Below are positions 1 to 13,150 of a stretch of DNA of 64,000 nt, in pieces. The notes under the pieces are model-generated. The model did no database searches and was not told the DNA's origin. It worked only from the letters and a program-made list of their open reading frames with translations. The DNA lies in NCBI RefSeq assembly GCF_963853765.1, contig NC_088854.1, forward strand, positions 23,684,001 to 23,748,000, given 5' to 3'. The stretch is from Magallana gigas. Its lineage: Eukaryota. The translations under genes were made by a program, and so were the position numbers. Numbering within the stretch: the first letter of the stretch is position 1; each line of letters opens with the position of its first letter.

Positions 1-1
1 T

Positions 2-1993
2 GAAGCTAGCGAAAAGTGCATTGGCTACAAACCAAAACAAAAGAACAAAGAATGGATAACACCTAACACTTGGAAAATGATTGAAACAAGAAAATGCACC
101 AAAAAGAAAATACTTGAAGCCAAATCACTGAGACTTAAGGAGAAACATCAACAAGATTACAGTGAAATACAGAAACAAGTGAAAAAAGCTGTACGTACAG
201 ATAGAAGAGCATACATAGATGCTTTAGCAACAAAAGCAGAAGAGGCAGCCAACAAAGGGGAACAAGGAAATCTATACAAAATAACAAAAGTAATATGTGG
301 GAAAAACAGACCATCACCAAACCTTCCCATCAAAGACAAACAAGGAAAGCTGATAACATCAGAGAATGAAATGGAGGAACGATGGACAGAACATTTTAAG
401 GAGATCTTAAACAGACCACCTCCGATCCATGAACCTGAAATCAGTGAACCCGAATCAGAGTTGAATATCAACATCAATCCACCAGACGTTCCAGAAATTA
501 CATCGGCCATACAGTGTTTAAAAAACGGAAAATCTCCTGGGAGTGACAATCTAAATGCTGAGCTGTTCAAAACGGACCCAATCCTTACAGCTACCATCCT
601 CCAACCAACCTACAAAGAAATCTGGGAAAGTAAGACCATACCAGATCAATGGAATCACGGAGTCATCATTAAAATACCAAAAAAAGGAAATTTAAATGAC
701 TGTAATAACTGGCGTGGAATAACACTTCTCTCCATTCCAAGTAAAATCATGGCTAAAATTATCATCAGAAGAATATCCAAAGCCATAGATGTCAAACTAC
801 GGAAAGAACAAGCAGGGTTCAGACCAGGGCGAGGATGTATCGACCAAATATTCACACTGAGAAACATCATTGAACAGTGTACGGAATGGCAGCGACAACT
901 TTATCTGAACTTCATCGATTTTGAAAAGGCCTTCGACAGCATTCATAGAAACAGTCTCTGGAGAATTGTGCGTTCGTACGGCATCCCCCAACATCTTATA
1001 GACATCATCAAGAGTTTCTACGTCAACTTCAGATGCAAAGTTGGAAATTCAAGCATCGAGTTTGATGTCAAAACTGGAGTTCGCCAAGGTTGTGTAATGT
1101 CATCAACGCTCTTCATCATAGCCATCGACTGGGTCATGAGGAACACAACATCAGACATCCCAAGAGGCATCAGATGGGGAACGTTCACAACACTTGAAGA
1201 CTTGGACTTTGCCGATGATATTGTCCTGTTTTCCCACTCCCATCAGCACATCCAAGACAAAACACATAGGCTCCACGAATTTGCTGGAAATATTGGACTG
1301 AAGATCAATGCCAAGAAAACTGAAGTCATGACCCTAAATGTGAATAACCCACAGGGAATTAAAATGGACAATCACATCCTTCCATTTACAAACAACTTTA
1401 CCTATTTAGGGAGTAGTGTCACAACAGATGGTGGAGCAGACAGGGACATTCAGCAGAGACTAGCAAAAGCCAGAGCAGCATTTAAGAACTTGCAAGCTGT
1501 GTGGAAATCCAGCCAGTATACCAACAGGACAAAGCTCAAACTGTACAAAAGCTGCATCATACCAATTCTTCTGTACGGTTCAGAGTGCTGGAGAATGACA
1601 GAGAACGACCTTAACAAACTGTCAACTTTCCACACCAAGTCCCTGAGAAGAATCCTAAAAGTATTTTGGCCAAATACCATCTCAAATCAGGACCTTCTCA
1701 GCAGATGCGATCAGGAGGATATGGCCACCATCATCACCAGGAGACGATGGACCTGGATTGGCCACATACTCAGAAGGGACCCTGAATCCATCATAAAGAC
1801 AGCCCTCTTCTGGACACCAGAAGGAAAAAGGAAGAGAGGGAGACCAAAAGTTACCTGGCGGCGAACAGTGGAAGCCGAGATGAAAGAGCATCAGAGAAGC
1901 TGGGGCACTCTCCAGAAGCTAGCCAGTGACAGACAGGGATGGAGAGCCCTCGTTACTGCCCTATACGCCAAAGGCGTCACGGGCAGTAAGTAA
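2..1993 (+). CDS. LINE reverse transcriptase ORF, open from the window edge
   Basis: The ORF track gives 77..1993 (638 aa). The same frame stays open upstream to base 2 (EASEKCIGYKPKQKNKEWITPNTWK), and I saw no stops or frameshifts. Confidence 0.9.
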   Translation, partial: EASEKCIGYKPKQKNKEWITPNTWKMIETRKCTKKKILEAKSLRLKEKHQQDYSEIQKQVKKAVRTDRRAYIDALATKAEEAANKGEQGNLYKITKVICGKNRPSPNLPIKDKQGKLITSENEMEERWTEHFKEILNRPPPIHEPEISEPESELNININPPDVPEITSAIQCLKNGKSPGSDNLNAELFKTDPILTATILQPTYKEIWESKTIPDQWNHGVIIKIPKKGNLNDCNNWRGITLLSIPSKIMAKIIIRRISKAIDVKLRKEQAGFRPGRGCIDQIFTLRNIIEQCTEWQRQLYLNFIDFEKAFDSIHRNSLWRIVRSYGIPQHLIDIIKSFYVNFRCKVGNSSIEFDVKTGVRQGCVMSSTLFIIAIDWVMRNTTSDIPRGIRWGTFTTLEDLDFADDIVLFSHSHQHIQDKTHRLHEFAGNIGLKINAKKTEVMTLNVNNPQGIKMDNHILPFTNNFTYLGSSVTTDGGADRDIQQRLAKARAAFKNLQAVWKSSQYTNRTKLKLYKSCIIPILLYGSECWRMTENDLNKLSTFHTKSLRRILKVFWPNTISNQDLLSRCDQEDMATIITRRRWTWIGHILRRDPESIIKTALFWTPEGKRKRGRPKVTWRRTVEAEMKEHQRSWGTLQKLASDRQGWRALVTALYAKGVTGSK

Positions 1994-2008
1994 GTAAGTA
2001 AGTAAGTA
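1987..2008 (+). repeat. (TAAG)n 3' tail of the LINE
   Basis: Five TAAG units plus TA. The ORF stop codon (1991-1993) lies inside the tail. Confidence 0.9.
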
Positions 2009-2134
2009 CAAGCATTTTTGTTCAACCTGAGCAAGATTAAGCAAAAAGGGAAATAATCAACGGTCTAAAAATGATTATAAAGAGATTTGACTTTCACATT
2101 GACTTGATTCAAATTACAAAGTCACTGCACACAA

Positions 2135-3264
2135 TTACCGTAATCCGGTGAATATAATACGCAGTAGTGTACAATACCCACCCCCCACTTTGGGCCTGAA
2201 AATGGTGAAAAAAAGCTTGTTGGGATGTATAATACGCATCAAAAAAATTGACCAAACGGTAATCCTGAGTATCAACAAAGCAGTTTTACTTTGTATGCAC
2301 GCTCAACTTCATCGCGGGAATACGCTACCGGAAATAAGAAAAACACAATATTTTCTTAGATACGGATTTATTGTAACTAATACATCGCGGTAATATCTTT
2401 ATTTCATAATCAATGTTTTTAATAGACCTAGTATTAAATATTCTACCGTAAATAAAATCAACTACTTTTAACAAGCGTGATATAATTGTTTAGTCATTAC
2501 AATCCCTGTGAAGTGAAAAACGGACGATGTACAGGTATGGAGATAACGGACCTACATGTAATTAAATTCTTAAATGACTCCGATCAAAGTGATCAATTAG
2601 AGGCCTGGAACATAATAAAATATATGCACAAATAGTTGTGTTGTGTATAGTACACATAGCCTAAGGGGGTGTCTGAGATACCCAAGGTGTCAATCGTTAG
2701 CGGTGGGGAACCACAACTGTTTCAATGGCTTCAATTAACGGAATAGGTTATAGAATCATTTATATTCATAATTATTTGCAATAAATTAATTAGCATTAAA
2801 TGAAAATGGTTAAAAATGAGCCAAATGATGTGTAAGCTGTTTTCAAAGATCGGCGTCAAATAGCACGTGGCCATCCAAGTCCGCATTCTATTAATAACAG
2901 CTGTAATGGCGGCGTACACGGAGATAAAGAATAGGCAGTTCAAATTAATTTTTAAAGGCCATTTTGAAACAGTTTATTTATTAACAGACTTAAAGTGTAC
3001 ATTTTCTTTAATTACATGCTATAACAATGATTTCCTAAAGGGGTTACATAGTAATATATATGTGATAATGAAGGAATATTACGATGTATAGCGGGGTATC
3101 GGTTCTGTCTGTGAACAGCATAGGTAATACGGCAGTATGATACCCTGTCCTTCAGCTAGGAAAAAATATGCCCAAATCCTATAGGGATGTATAATACGCA
3201 TCCCTTTCTGAAGGTAAAAAATGCTGGGAAAAAAGTGCGTATTATATTCACCGGATTACGGTAA
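2135..3264. mobile_element. Non-autonomous TIR DNA transposon (MITE), TA-flanked, probably Tc1/mariner superfamily
   Basis: Perfect 29-bp inverted termini: ttaccgtaatccggtgaatataatacgca (2135-2163) and tgcgtattatattcaccggattacggtaa (3236-3264). No coding capacity. Confidence 0.85.
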
Positions 3265-3985
3265 CCCAAATGTTCTGTTCATGTGAAGTAGGAGCCAAAT
3301 AAGGCCAAGTGGAGAATATATATATGCTCTGAAAAAAGAATTTTGCGTGATGCAAAATGACCTTGACACTTGACCTACAAACATCATTTAAGGTCACTGC
3401 ACATCCTTAATTGTAGGCACTCTGTGAGTTCAGTATGAGCCAGATTGGACCAAAGGGAGAGAAGATATGCTCAAGATTTTCATATAATTTTGCTATGACC
3501 TTCACAAATTACCTTGAAGCTTGGTTCAAGATCACTGCACACCCTTTAGTTAAAAGCTCTATCAATGTGGAGTATGAGCCAAATAAGGCTAAATGAAGAG
3601 TATATATGCTCTGAAAAAAAGTATATTTCTTTGATCATATATGACCTTGACCTACAAACTGCATTCAAAGTCACTTTACACCTTTTGACCATAGGCATTA
3701 TGTGAGTGAAGTTTGAGCCAGATTGGACCAAGGGCAGAGAAGATATGCTCCGGACAAGACTCTTTCATATAATTCAGCTGACCTAGAAACATGGTTCAAA
3801 GTCACTGCACTTTTAACCCGAAGGCACTCTGGGTGAAGTATGAGCCAGATAGGACCAAAGGGAGAGAAGATATGCTCTGGACAAGAGATTTTAGATGGAC
3901 ATGTGGATGGAAGGATGGATGGACTGAAGGATGGATGGACAGAGTGATCACTATAGGGCACCCAGAGTGGGACCCAAATTAAACA
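3265..3985 (+). repeat. Helentron-like non-autonomous element carrying ~160-170 bp satellite-like units
   Basis: Repeated units gaccttgacct...aaggtcactgcac...atgagccagattggacc..agagaagatatgctc, then a gatggacag microsatellite tract and an end motif. Similar sequence at 2085-2134 suggests the MITE interrupted it. Confidence 0.65.
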
Positions 3986-6879
3986 AATTATTCTCCTAAC
4001 ATGGATATTACACAGTGGTAGTCACCCTTTAAGTGAAGTTTGAGCCAAACTTGACCAAAAAGAATGGTCTGAAGCATGCTAATGGACCAATGCAGGGTAT
4101 CATAAGAAGGGGCCCATATTAAGATAGTGATGCTTCTATTCACCATTTTATTTTTTGTGTTCCCTCAAATGTAAAATTTTTGCAAGATTGGTAGTAATTC
4201 TCACTTTGCATTATAATCATCAAAGGTCTTATTGACTGGTTGGATGACCAGATCCTCTGTTTTCTTTTCAGGTCAAAATGTTGAGGGTCATCAATCTTTA
4301 TTGCTTCACTCTAATTATCATAGATTTTACAATAAGACTTTAAAGGACATATCGCATGTTTTTCAATTTTCGGAATTTTTTAAATAAAATCATTCTATAC
4401 TCATTAAAAATCAAGTTTATTAACGTTTTCATAAAATATTCTGCCTAATTCGTGAGTTTGAAAGTGATGAAATTCAAATGTCGCGATATGCATATTTTCT
4501 CTCTCGATCTACCCGCCATGAAGTGTGACGTCATATGCGACCTCGAGCGAGAAGGTGCTGTTAGCAATCTTTGTAATTGGATAGATTTAAACGACAATTA
4601 AACTAATTATCACCTATTAAATTGCCGATAACGGGACATGATGGTGTTCTGTGCCTCCTGCGGGTGATTTAGCTTCCGAAAATGGGGATTTGGACGGTTG
4701 TTTTTTTAAGTTTCCCTTACGAAAGTAAGCGGAAATCTTGTGACAAATAGGGGTCTATCTGTCGACGAGAGGATTTATAAATAAACATTCAATTCATAGA
4801 TTATTAATTATATGGTACATTTTTGTAATTATAGTTTCATAAATAAATCGTATTTATTTCTCAAAAAGAAAAAAATAGAAGTTTATCCACAGGAGCCTGT
4901 GTACAAAACGCAAGTTCATCGGAGAAAAATAACGAGAGGGGGCGCCATTTTGCAAACCGCCTCGCTTCATTAACTGTTTTCTTTTTCTTATTGTTAAACT
5001 ATACGTTCATGTATGCATCGGTTTTGTATACATGATTTCTTCATTCATACATGTGGCTCACCTCTGCAGAAATCATAATTTTAGTACGGTAGGTGAGATT
5101 TCTGTTAGTTTTATTTTTTGTGGGAGAAGTCATGGATCGAGTTGTCGATATTGATTGGTTACGCGAGAAATAGACAAAGTTTGTTGATATACATTTATAC
5201 GTAAATGGATAAAAAAAATACGGAGATGGGATCTAACAGAAATAAACAATAATTAAGGAAAACTTTGTTGTCTGTTTTTATAATCTAGTGTAATATAAAG
5301 TAAACAACCTTAGACAGTTGTGATCAGTTACTGCCGAAGAAACAAACTTCTTGTGCACCACAGTTTTTACAATAATGAACATTCTGAGTCGTTAGGAACG
5401 CCAAAAACCAAGACTGTTGTAGATTTTAATAAATAAACACCTTTAACAGATTTATTTGAGCTACAATCCTTACTAAGTTGTGTTTACAATGTTTACACGT
5501 CGATCAATTTGATCGTCATTGCCGACTTCATCGTCGCTTTTTCGGCAATATCATTGTTTTTTATCCGTACTAGTGGCTCAAACATGTACGACTGAATAAT
5601 AAGATTCTTTTAATTTATTCATCATGTAAAAAAACAACTTACATGGTGAATGAATGTCAAAATTTAAAGAAGATAATGCTAATCCTACAATTTGTTTTAC
5701 AATCAGCTGTTCAAGTCAAAAAGTCAAAGGGCACAAAATTGGTTTATAGATATGCCCTTGTACAATATTGTTCAGCTATTACATCTTGAGGAAAAACCAG
5801 AGATATTTCAAATTTGCACTTCATTGATTGTTGACTTCACAATGATGATCAGATCGAGTTCATTTTTTGATACCAAACAAAATCTTTCCAATATCACAGA
5901 GGCAATATATTTGAATAAAGCAGTTCATTCATCTTACATAATTATCAATCTGCAGTCGATTTATTTGTTGAACTACTCGTTATTGTCTATAATTACCCAC
6001 TTTTAACAGATTTCTAAATTCATAGCTCTTGCTTTCTATCTTTGAAGTTTTTAACTGATTTGAACCCTAGGAGCTCTTCTAAAATAGTATGGGTGAGGTT
6101 TTGAGATGTTTTTTAGCTTCAATGTGTGAACTTACATCTATGTAATCTTATAATTTAATGGCTCATTGAAGAGCAATAAGTACAGAACTAACTCATGAAA
6201 CTCTCACAAACACTTTCCAACAAGATCTTCTACTTCATAATTTCAAGAGCCACAAAATGAACATCTTTCATTTTAGACCCCTTAATATTTACCTATATTA
6301 TTTCTTCCTCTTTTTTAAGCTTAGCATTTGTTCATTTTTATATCATGTAATATTCAAATGATTTTTTTTTTACAATGTATTGTATTAGGATCAAAGGAGG
6401 ATAATTTCATTTGCTGTCAATAAAACATTTATTTTCATGCATTTAAAATTGATATATACAATAAAGACATACAAAATACAGTGCACAATAATAATTTCAA
6501 GATTGTTGGGCTTCAACTTCGAAGTTTTGAAAGTTAAAATAAATACATTATGAACAACAGGAAAATTAAATGACCTGTTACAATTTTCTCAGCAAAATAA
6601 GGAAATTTAACAAATGTGTGTGCCAAAAAATTATTTATAAACCTCAGTTGCAATTATTTGTGGTTTCTAAAGAATGTTTTGCGTAATTTGTACTTACCTT
6701 CTATTATGCTTCAATCACAAAAAATCTCTTTGCAAACCACTTTGCAACCATGATTCCTGAAAAAAAAATTGCAAATATAAGTTGACAGAATATACCTGGA
6801 GTACTGAGCTGTTTTAGTGTGATTTAATCAAATCAATTTTCTAAGTAAATAGGTTTTTCAGAATATTTTTTTTGTATCT

Positions 6880-7250
6880 TTTACTATCTAAAATTCAACA
6901 TCCCATTGTGGCCCAACCCTATCCCCCAGGGATCATGTATTGAACAAACTTGAATCTAAACTACATGTACCTGGCTATGCTTCTGATTTCTGAAAAGATT
7001 CTTTTCTGAAATGTTCACAAATTTTCAATGATCTCACTTTAAAAGGAGGTGTGTAACCTAATTTTAACAAACTTCTACACACTTTATCCAAGGATGTTTT
7101 GTGCCAAGTTTATGAAAGTTTACATACTGACAGGTTTGCGAAAGTTTACATACTGATAGACAGATGGATGGACAGATGGACATACAGAAAGATGGATGCC
7201 AGACAGAAAGTGATCATAAAAGCTTACATTAACTTTCAGGTAAAGCTAAA
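6880..7250 (+). mobile_element. Helentron-like (HINE/DINE-type) element, 3' part
   Basis: Same layout as the 41156-41781 copy: tgtggcccaaccct..., gatggacag tract, gtgatcataaaagcttacattaactttcaggtaaagctaaaaa end. Confidence 0.65.
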
Positions 7251-7266
7251 AACATAATCTTGATAA

Positions 7267-8289
7267 AGCAAGAGGTCAATAGGCCTTAACGGTCACCTGA
7301 GTACCATAGCTCATATACAAACTTGTCAAGAAGTCTCATATATGCAATAAAGGGACATGGACACGATTTGACTTAAAATTTTCAAATTTTATTTTTCCAT
7401 TTTCACTGTTCATATTGATAAATATAGAAGTTTATAATATCATGTCAAAATTTGAAAGTCAAATATCAAGTTTTAGGCAAGATACGGAGGTTTTATTTTT
7501 TGTTTTGTAAACAAAGCTTGAATATTGTCATTTTTTACATATATGTTGTATTGGCATAAGTTTCAATCAAATGTAACTTTCTTTTGTTGATAATAGTATT
7601 TATGAAGATATTGAGTTAGTTTGAATTGTTTTTACATGTCATTTTGTCCAAGAAATGCTAATTCTCAACATTTCATTTTTTTGTAAACAGCTATAAGACT
7701 CGAGCTTTGTTTACATAACAATCAATTCTTACCTCTGTATCTCGCTTGTAACTGGACTTTAATATTCAATATTTTTGGTCAATCTTTTAAAATGCACCAG
7801 TAAACTATTTTATTCATAAAAAATCTTAATTTTTTTTTATCCCTTTAAATTAATTAAGTTTCATTCTGGAGTAGAAAAATTATAATATTGTAATGACAAC
7901 CACCTCCCTGTAGAAATCTTTCAAAAAGGACTATGAAACCAGGGTCCATGAATTTCACAATAGAGGGTTTCATGGACATTACAAATATAAATATAACCAT
8001 GCATTTAGTTTTTTCCTCACATGTGTGGGAGCAGAGAAGAATTTTGAAAATTTATCTTTCTTTGCATATTTGGCCCTGCCTGTGGCACCCCAGGGTGGTA
8101 GAGCCATGAATTTCAGATTCCTCTTACCATAGATATGCTTCACACCTAAAATACCGGTAGTAACAATTGGCCTTGTAGTTTTTAAGAAGACGTTACATAT
8201 GTAAAATTGTTGACGCACGATGCACAGACGCACGACGACTTATGAAGACCATGCAATAGGTCACCTGAGTGACTCAGATGACCTAAAAA
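7267..8289 (+). mobile_element. Helentron-like element, apparently interrupted by a degenerate TTAA-type element (~7349-7848)
   Basis: Starts aagaggtcaataggccttaacggtcacctgagt and ends gacgcacgacgac...aataggtcacctgagtgactcagatgacctaaaaa (terminal hairpin). The internal segment is bounded by taaagggac...atccctttaa. Confidence 0.6.
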
Positions 8290-8899
8290 TTTATCACATA
8301 TTTTTGCACACAGTCACAAATATTTGGAATTGTGAAGTCAAGGTCATAGGGAAAGACAAGGTTAGATTATGCAAACTTCAATTGTTCTCATAAATACAAA
8401 CTTTTTGATGAAGATTGATAAATATCATGATTCAAAGACCTTCTAATAAGAAAGGTAACTCTCATTAAGATTTCTAATAGTATATAACCTTAACACGAAT
8501 TACATCAAATTTTACTCTCCAAATTGTGAGCACCTTGTTATTTTTTTAAATGGAATAATTTCTGCAAATGTAATAAAGGAGACAGAGGAAAGTCTAGTTA
8601 CCAATCAAACAGTGTCTTATGAATATCAGTATTTCATGCCACTGGACAAGCAGACAACTACCATATTATTTTTTGTAAATATTTTTATTAATGTGTACTT
8701 GTATCCACATATTGCAACTATTCCTAATAACATATGACCATTTATAAATATTTGATACCTTTACTTGCTTGTATATGTATATTTCCACATATTACTAAGA
8801 AATATAAAAGAAACTAGACAAAATTGAAATGGTGACCATCTCAAAAGAGCCCACTTAAAGACAGGACATAGTCTAAGAATGAAAAGCATTTCAGAGGTT

Positions 8900-9640
8900 T
8901 CTGCTTTGATCATAACATCTAGATAAAAAACCATTGCATAATGGAAAGAATATAGAGTTCAGATCAGGATTACTTTACAAAGGTCATGTTTCAGTAAATC
9001 TGCACACCCTTAGACTGTACAGTCTTGTGGTGAAGTGTGAGGAGAAGAGATATAAAAAGTCAAGACTTGATTTTAAAGAGACCTGCAATGATTTTCACCT
9101 AAGGTGTACTAAAAAATTGGTTTAAGGCACTAAACACCCTTTCAGCCTCTAGCACTCTTTATATGGAAGCATAAGCCAGATTAGATTAGGAGCTGAGAAG
9201 ATATGGTTTGGACAAGTATTTTTTGAAGAGGGCTGTTATTACCTTGACCTTGGACCAAGAAACTAAGTTCAAGGTTACTGAATAACCTTTACCCAATTAC
9301 ACTCTAGGTGAATTATGAGCCATATTTGCCAAGGGAAGAGAATATATTGTTCAGACCATGATTTTACATATACTGCTATGATCTTAATCTTTGACCAATA
9401 AACTAGGTTCAAGGTCACGGCACATAATTCACCCACTTACACTGTGAGAGAAGTATGGACCAGATTTGGCCAATGGGAAATGATATACAGTCCAGAGAGA
9501 GATTTTACACGTCTACCACAGAAGTACTTTGTGGATGAATTATGACCAAGTTTGGACTAAAAGGAGATAACATATGCTTCACACAAATGATGTCAACAGA
9601 CACACAGATGGACAGACTAATGGTTCACTAAAGTGTGCCT
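8900..9640 (+). repeat. Degenerate copy of the satellite-carrying family seen at 3265-3985
   Basis: Shared motifs gaccttggacc..aaact.ggttcaaggt.ac, atgagcc and gacacacagatggacagac. Confidence 0.6.
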
Positions 9641-9724
9641 GCCTAGATTTTAAAAGATTTTCATGTGTAATAAAATGGAAAGTAGCTTAAGACTATCTAA
9701 TTTTTCTAAATTCATTTTTCATTG

Positions 9725-10435
9725 CATCTTTGCTAGCCTAGGGTTTACAAACCACTCTGCTACTCTACAACCCTTGGCAGATTTTACGCACAAAATCAAA
9801 ACTTGCTTAACATAATCTGATTGGCTTCGAAGCCAGGCGTTCGCAGAGAATCTGCTAATTGATGGTTTTGTTTCATGAGTTTTCATACGATCAGCCTTAA
9901 CCTAACAGAAAGTAAACCCAAACTTAACCCCAGGTTTACTTTCTGGGTTTACTAGAGTGGACCTAGAGTAAACCCAGAGTAAACCCAAAGTAAACCCAGA
10001 GTGGACACAGAGAGTAAACCCGCAGAGAAGTATACCCCTGAAAGCAGACGCTAACTGTGTATTCGGAATACACAAGGGGCAGGAATTAAAGGCAGTAGGA
10101 TGGTAAAATTAAAGACAGGTCTGCTTTACACTTCAGTGCATACAGTTGACCTTAAAAGCAATTTCCAAGTAAATCCAAAGTAAACCCCAAGTAAACCCAA
10201 AGTAAACCCCGAGTGGACCCAAATTTTCAAAAAGTAAACCCAGAGTAAACCCCAAAGGTAAACCCGGGGTTAAGTCGGGGTTCTAAGGTTGGGTCTGATT
10301 GGTACTGTACATATTTTAGCTGCTCTAATGTAACTAGGTCTAGAAGATGTTGTGCTATTTGTGAAAAAATTAACAAAATCTGCCAAGGGTTGTAGAGGAG
10401 CAGAGAGGATCGTAAACCCTTGGCTAGCAAAGATG
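9725..10435. mobile_element. Inverted-repeat element with ~60-bp arms and a nested AAACCC(A/G)GAGT minisatellite/inverted repeat; unclassified
   Basis: Left arm catctttgctagcctagggtttac...ctctacaacccttggcagatttt (9725-9785) pairs with right arm aaaatctgccaagggttgtagag...aaacccttggctagcaaagatg (10375-10435). Inner inverted repeat: 9915-9940 vs 10259-10283. Confidence 0.7.
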
Positions 10436-12821
10436 TTTTCATTGCTGTATAGAGGGTGTTTAGGTACGAGCTCCCAATTTCTTTCTTGCAATTTAAAAAT
10501 GCACTTGAGATTTTATAATGAAAAAAATGAAGTAATTTTACTCCAAACAGATGAGCAACAGAAAATATGATTTAATAACAAGCGTACCATGATTTTGAAC
10601 AACACTAACTGCATCTTAGTGTTCAAGAAATTCTGAGTACATGTTTCAATTACCACATAACACCTACTACAAGTATTCAACTGAACATCTATACATTTTC
10701 ATTAAACTAGAGTTGTTGCACATTAATGAAGGATGGACAAAGTTTTCCTGTCTTCAAGCAAAATAAAAGCTCTTCTTCATAAGGAGCCATTGGGCAAAAA
10801 CAGACACCTAATATTGAGGGATGGACAATGACATCAGTTTTTCTGTCTTCAAGCCAAATATAAGCACTCCTTCATAAGAGGCCTTTGGACCAAAACAGTC
10901 ACCTGGAAATGTACACAGTTCAATCAGGTGTTTGTGATTCCCAAATACACAACACTTGTACTATAGACTTTATATAAATTCAGATGTTCTGCAGTCTTGG
11001 CTTTTCTCTGATATACACACTCGGTTAATCTCTGCAACATCTCACGCAATTTAAGTAAGTGACTCTGGTGAGCAAAATTCTGTAGGACCAGACAAATTTT
11101 TAACAGCTATCTGGAATGGATATTGATATTTCATAATCAAGTGATAGGATAATTTGCATAAAAGGGCATTATAAAGGCATTTGCAAAAATGATTTTATGT
11201 TGAATTGTATTCTCATGTAACTGTCTTAAGATAAAAAATATGAACAAAGCTCATCTATTCATAAAAAAAACAATGCATGATGAGATGATGCATAATCTAT
11301 AAAATCTCATTAAAAGGGCTGAGCGGGGTTGGGGTGGGGGTGCCGGGAGGGTCATGACAAAACTAATCTCCCTGAGAAGATTGAGCTCTGTATAAAGATA
11401 AAAAAAATTATAAATTTTCTAAAGCCAAAGTATTTCGATTTTTTCTTTACTAAATGATAGATTAAAGCCGAAAAGAACCAACTCCAAAAATTACATACTT
11501 AATTTATATGTAATTTGTTGACCAATTTGTTGCAATTATTTCGCAATTTCATAGACTCATATCAATTATTGCAAGTACATGTCTATGACCATTACATCCA
11601 TATAAGAATTAAGATAGAGAATGAAAAGCAAAGTTTACCAAGGAAGCACCAATCTTTCATAAGATGACTTAATATAACATGACATTACCAGTAAATAATG
11701 TACAGCAAATATAAAAGATTAATTCAATCATTGAATTTCAATAACTCATATCAGTTGCAAGTACATATACATAAAATAAATAACACCCAAGTGAGACTGA
11801 ATATTAAACCCAGAGTAAGGTGTCACTTTTCTTAGTGTGGCACTGAAAAATCAGATAAACCAACTAAAAAAAAAGACCAAGTAGAACTCTTGTCAGCTGA
11901 ATATGTACTTACCCCAGAGATGGCACAACTTTTAATCAAAAAATGGAGGCAGTTGCAATGGTCTCATCTGGTGAGTCAGTATTGCACACACCAAAAACGT
12001 TGCCATGGGCTTACATAATACACACCGAATCAATAGCAAACGCATGAATCTGCAAAATCCAGCCAGATCCGTCTGGATGCTTGCTTTTATACATAATATA
12101 CTGTTCTTCCATGCTGAATTGCCAAGAAATTTACTGTCCAACAACATTCCAATCAGCAACATGACACTTAAACCTCTTTATAGGCTAACACAATGGCAGT
12201 TCTGCTGAACACTTCTGCCAGAACAAGACTTTGCTATTTGACAATCTAAATATACTACATTTTGAGTGTCAGAAATGTCTTGAGCAGCTGCACTCTAAGG
12301 ACAATTAAAATCTGGGTGGGAAAATTCTCACAGATGCCATCACATTCATTTTATCATTATCTTTTATTTCATCATTCAATTCTTCATATTGATTTTCTTT
12401 ACTTCATTGGAGTTAAAATATATTCTTCTTAACATAATTTACTTGTTTTCTTGTCAGATCAAATTAATCATCAAAACTTATAAAATTTTAAAATCTACTT
12501 CTCAAGGATAATAACCTGTTCTAGCAACAGAACGAGTTATGTAATACATATGTACTTGTATCAAAAATAAATATTTTGATATCTTCATATTTCATCAAGT
12601 GATGAGCAAAAACATCTAGAATTAATACAATGTATTGTAATGGATTGCAAGCTGCAATACTCTAATCAATATAGATTTCACTACAAAAGGTCTGAATGTC
12701 TTGAAGACATTTTACATGGCATATTTTCCTAAATCAGTTTTTTAATATATCAGATTAAAATCAGCCGTTGTTAATATATTGCTTACCTCCTTCGAGAGCA
12801 ATGGAAGAGTGGCAATTCATT

Positions 12822-13150
12822 TGTAATAGGATGGGAGAAATAAAGTTGGAATAGACCAGGATTTGAACCCTCGTCCCCTGAATCTCTAGTCAGGTGCTCT
12901 ACCAACTTAGCATTCTGGCCCCGGTATTCAAACCGTTCTGACCATCACATTCTCCCCCCCTTAAATAATTTTTGTCCCTAAAGATCACCCCATAAGAACC
13001 TCGGCAGGAGTTAACCTGTCAGTTCTAGGGGTTGGCATAGCACCAAATGTAATGGAATGGGGGAAATAATGACGGACCAGTCTGCGATTTGAACTCGAGC
13101 TTCCTGAGTCTCTAGTCAGGTGCTCCACAAACAGGTCTGACCGTCACACT
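12822..13150 (-). repeat. Two degenerate tRNA-related (SINE-like) units
   Basis: Both contain gatttgaac..(B-box-like, minus strand)..tctctagtcaggtgctc. Units start at about 12822 and 13048. The same family occurs at 35361-35506. Confidence 0.55.

Larger units (their letters stand above)
1..2008 (+). mobile_element. 3' part of a non-LTR retrotransposon (LINE, RTE-like), truncated by the window start
   Basis: RT motifs are present (KSPGSD, WRGITLLS, QAGFRPGRGC, FIDFEKAFD, GVRQG, FADD). The C-terminus is RTE-type (GHILRR...EGKRKRGRPK..W). The element ends in a (TAAG)n tail rather than poly(A). Confidence 0.92.

Noticed and set aside
4340-5690. Possible TTAA element starting ttaaaggacatatcgcatg
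   Set aside because: I could not find the matching right terminus, so the boundaries are unsupported.
9915-10283. Short spaced repeats that superficially resemble a CRISPR array or telomeric DNA
   Set aside because: The units are 10-12 bp with no unique spacers, in a eukaryotic context with no cas genes. They are not TTAGGG arrays.
12822-13150. Possible tRNA genes
   Set aside because: The A/B-box-like pieces are degenerate, I could not fold a full cloverleaf, and they are embedded in a repeated flank, so they are treated as tRNA-derived repeats.
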